This document shows, piece by piece, positions 61,817 through 64,000 of a stretch of DNA of 64,000 nt. The notes under the pieces are model-generated. The model was not told where the DNA came from. It saw only the letters and a list, made by a program, of their open reading frames with translations, and searched no databases. Numbering within the stretch: the stretch's first letter is position 1; each line of letters begins with the position of its first letter. Source of the DNA: an uncultured Candidatus Poseidoniales archaeon (GTDB lineage Archaea; Thermoplasmatota; Poseidoniia; Poseidoniales; Poseidoniaceae); NCBI GenBank assembly GCA_964013535.1, contig CAXGWS010000004.1, forward strand, positions 22,854 through 86,853, written 5' to 3'. The position numbers and the translations under genes are program-made.

Positions 61817-62905
61817 ATGCGACATTTGATAGTGCCGAGTGTGGACACCCAGCATTGGCTTAATCGAATAAAAGCCAATGATTGGATGGAACCAAGCTAT
61901 TCCATATTGTCTTTAGATGATGATAAGAAAGCAATTCCACTAAGCGCTCAAGCGCCAAAGAACACGGATGATATTTGGCAGGGGCTCGAATTTGTCGAAT
62001 TAAACCGGAGAAAGGCTGCGAAACGGTGGACGGATTTACTGGAGGCTGAACTTTATCAGCGGTTTGAAGAATTTTGGCCTAAGTCATATGAAATAATTGG
62101 CGATATTCTAATTGTTAAGTTAGAGGACGAGGTAGTTCCCCATCAACGCGAGATTGCAGAGGCAATGCTGGAAAAACATCCAAGCATCCGTTTAATATGC
62201 GCGGATAAAGGTGTACACGGAGAATTCCGCGTCCGAAACCTCACGCCGATCGACTCTCGAGATGGCGACACAAGCACATTAACGAGAATTAGGGAGGGCG
62301 GTAAAGTAATCTTGATTGATCCAACCAAATCATATTATTCAGCCCGTCTTTCAAACGAGCGATTAGGCAATCTCATATCAGCCAAGAAGTTGGCAAAAAC
62401 ACTTGATAGGCCAATCTCAGTTTGTGATCCGTACGCAGGAGTTGGACCAGCAATGGCCTCGATAATATCGTCTCCGAACCTAGTTGACTACGCGCTTATT
62501 GGAGACCTTAATCCAGATGCAGTGTCACTGCTTGAGCAAAATATTACAAATTTCACAAGAAAAGTAGATACTAAAATGGTGATAAAGTTACTCTGTCAGG
62601 ATGCTAGATTATGGAAAAACACTCATGATTATTTGGCAAAAATTGATTTGTTGTTAGTAAATCTTCCACACGATACGGTAAATCACATTCCAGAATTATT
62701 ACCTCTAATGAGGAAGAATTCGCGCTCTCTTATCCGAGGCTGGGCAATAATTAATCGAGATGAGGTTGCTGAAATAAGAGATACAATAGAACGGCAACTT
62801 AAGCAACACGGTGCTACAGAAATAGACTTACAGTGTACTGAAGTAAAAGGATATTCGACAAGTAGAATATTTGTCCGCATAGAGTCTTGGCAGACCTTCA
62901 ATTAA
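61817..62905 (+). CDS. trm5: tRNA (guanine37-N1)-methyltransferase, Trm5/Met-10+ family
   Basis: SYEIIGDI, GVHGEFRVR, YYSARLSNER, DPYAGVGP, DLNPDA and VNLP motifs; true start at about ATG 61817 (the 61481 extension is antisense to dph5). Confidence 0.8.
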   Translation: MRHLIVPSVDTQHWLNRIKANDWMEPSYSILSLDDDKKAIPLSAQAPKNTDDIWQGLEFVELNRRKAAKRWTDLLEAELYQRFEEFWPKSYEIIGDILIVKLEDEVVPHQREIAEAMLEKHPSIRLICADKGVHGEFRVRNLTPIDSRDGDTSTLTRIREGGKVILIDPTKSYYSARLSNERLGNLISAKKLAKTLDRPISVCDPYAGVGPAMASIISSPNLVDYALIGDLNPDAVSLLEQNITNFTRKVDTKMVIKLLCQDARLWKNTHDYLAKIDLLLVNLPHDTVNHIPELLPLMRKNSRSLIRGWAIINRDEVAEIRDTIERQLKQHGATEIDLQCTEVKGYSTSRIFVRIESWQTFN

Positions 62906-62944
62906 AGCGTGTAATTCATGAATAACCAGTGATTGGGATGTACC

Positions 62945-63073
62945 ATGGGGACTGTTGTAAAGTGTGTTTGTGGGGTTTCAATCGATATTACAGGCATAAC
63001 TCCACGTAAAAGCGGCACAAAGGTATGGTGTCGGGTTTGTGGAGCAACGACCATTCATCATCATGATAGATGA
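62945..63073 (+). CDS. 42-aa zinc-finger microprotein (below the ORF-track cutoff)
   Basis: Read directly from the sequence: MGTVVKCVCGVSIDITGITPRKSGTKVWCRVCGATTIHHHDR*; CxCG and CxxCG knuckles; lies in an otherwise empty gap on the same strand as its neighbours. Confidence 0.7.
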   Translation: MGTVVKCVCGVSIDITGITPRKSGTKVWCRVCGATTIHHHDR

Positions 63074-63165
63074 GAGTTCTTAAGCGCAAATTGATACTCG
63101 TTAATTTCAGTATTAGTTGTAATCCTATCAAGGAGAATGCTATCAATGAGAAACTTTAGGGTCAA

Positions 63166-63933
63166 ATGGGCGTATCAGTGGCAGTCAGTAAATACGGAGA
63201 CGGGAAAGTTACTGACTTATCAGACTGGGGCAGACCGATAGCCAGAATGATAGCGAAAAAACTCATATCAACACCAATTTCTGTTATACAAGTAACGAAT
63301 CTGCATCTAGTCTTGTCGCTAATTTGTTCGTGGTTAATCATCCAAGGCCAAACAATTACTGCATGTGCGCTACTTGTTGTTAAAGGAGTGATTGATGCAG
63401 TTGACGGTGAACTTGCCCGCATGCGCGAGAAACCATCGCATGTTGGAAGATATTGGGATACAGTAGCAGACACTATTGGATTAATTGCCGTAATGTGTGC
63501 TTTCGGTTCACTGTTTGAGTGGGGTCCATTGCTTACTACCGCTCTAATATTAGCTACTTTGATACAGTATTCGTTATTCAATCATTATTCGATAATACTA
63601 CGTTCAAGGAGTTCAGGTGATAGCACAAGTCGTATGGATGAAACCGTCAAACCCACAGCCTATCCATGGGAAAAACAATCTTCTGTGAATTTCTTTCACA
63701 TGATTTACTTAATTTTCTTCAGCTGGCAAGATCGCATAATTGCTTTCTTAGCAGGCAAAGGATCAAACAGTCTTACATTTGAATTGACGGTTTCATCAAC
63801 CCTCGGATTTGGTTTACAATCATTGATTATCATGGTAATGGCAATTACTACTCAACTGATTTATTTGCCTGAATTGATATTAGGGGTTAATTTTGTACTA
63901 ATGTCAGTAGTACTATTGCGCAGTCATCTGTAA
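63166..63933 (+). CDS. CDP-alcohol phosphatidyltransferase family protein (polar head-group attachment)
   Basis: DAVDGELAR....SHVGRYWDTVAD matches DxxDGxxAR...GxxxDxxxD. Confidence 0.9.
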   Translation: MGVSVAVSKYGDGKVTDLSDWGRPIARMIAKKLISTPISVIQVTNLHLVLSLICSWLIIQGQTITACALLVVKGVIDAVDGELARMREKPSHVGRYWDTVADTIGLIAVMCAFGSLFEWGPLLTTALILATLIQYSLFNHYSIILRSRSSGDSTSRMDETVKPTAYPWEKQSSVNFFHMIYLIFFSWQDRIIAFLAGKGSNSLTFELTVSSTLGFGLQSLIIMVMAITTQLIYLPELILGVNFVLMSVVLLRSHL

Positions 63934-64000
63934 ACTAGGACACACGTTTTCATTTTCACCATCTAATCGTGGTATACTATGCCGAAATCAGCATCAAGCA

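Noticed and set aside
63963-64000. Possible 3' end of a minus-strand gene (...LDADFGIVYHD*)
   Set aside because: Only 12 codons lie in the window; too little to support a call.

Overview
A gene-dense (~60 genes) archaeal chromosome segment that looks like Marine Group II Euryarchaeota (Ca. Poseidoniales, Thermoplasmatota). The archaeal markers are GGGP synthase, a thermosome subunit, diphthine synthase, Trm5, AlaX and a beta-CASP nuclease. They sit alongside a proteorhodopsin, secreted subtilase and M28 peptidases, and bacterial-type dnaK, uvrA, katG and HMG-CoA synthase. I recognised no rRNA, tRNA, CRISPR array, transposase or prophage. There are three main observations. (1) The largest intergenic gap (26544-26918) holds two inverted ORB-like boxes with G-strings around a 138 bp, ~76% AT spacer, plus a third mini-ORB. 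This is a candidate replication origin with no adjacent cdc6/orc1, and it lies inside a low-GC trough. (2) An 18/19 match to the canonical bacterial Fur box overlaps the archaeal promoter of a katG-fur operon. The regulator combines PerR-type metal ligands with the Fur-type DNA-recognition Arg. (3) A MamK/salactin-like actin is followed directly by a long coiled-coil protein. Also present are a low-GC surface-glycan modification cassette, an LVIVD propeller + SCO pair, an Hsp20-like/dnaK/divergent thermosome cluster, an SSS symporter with an extra extracellular domain, and an unannotated 42-aa Zn-finger microprotein. All calls come from motif recognition by eye; no database searches were run. 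Start codons were adjusted from the ORF track where an SD-like motif or gene overlap suggested a better start.
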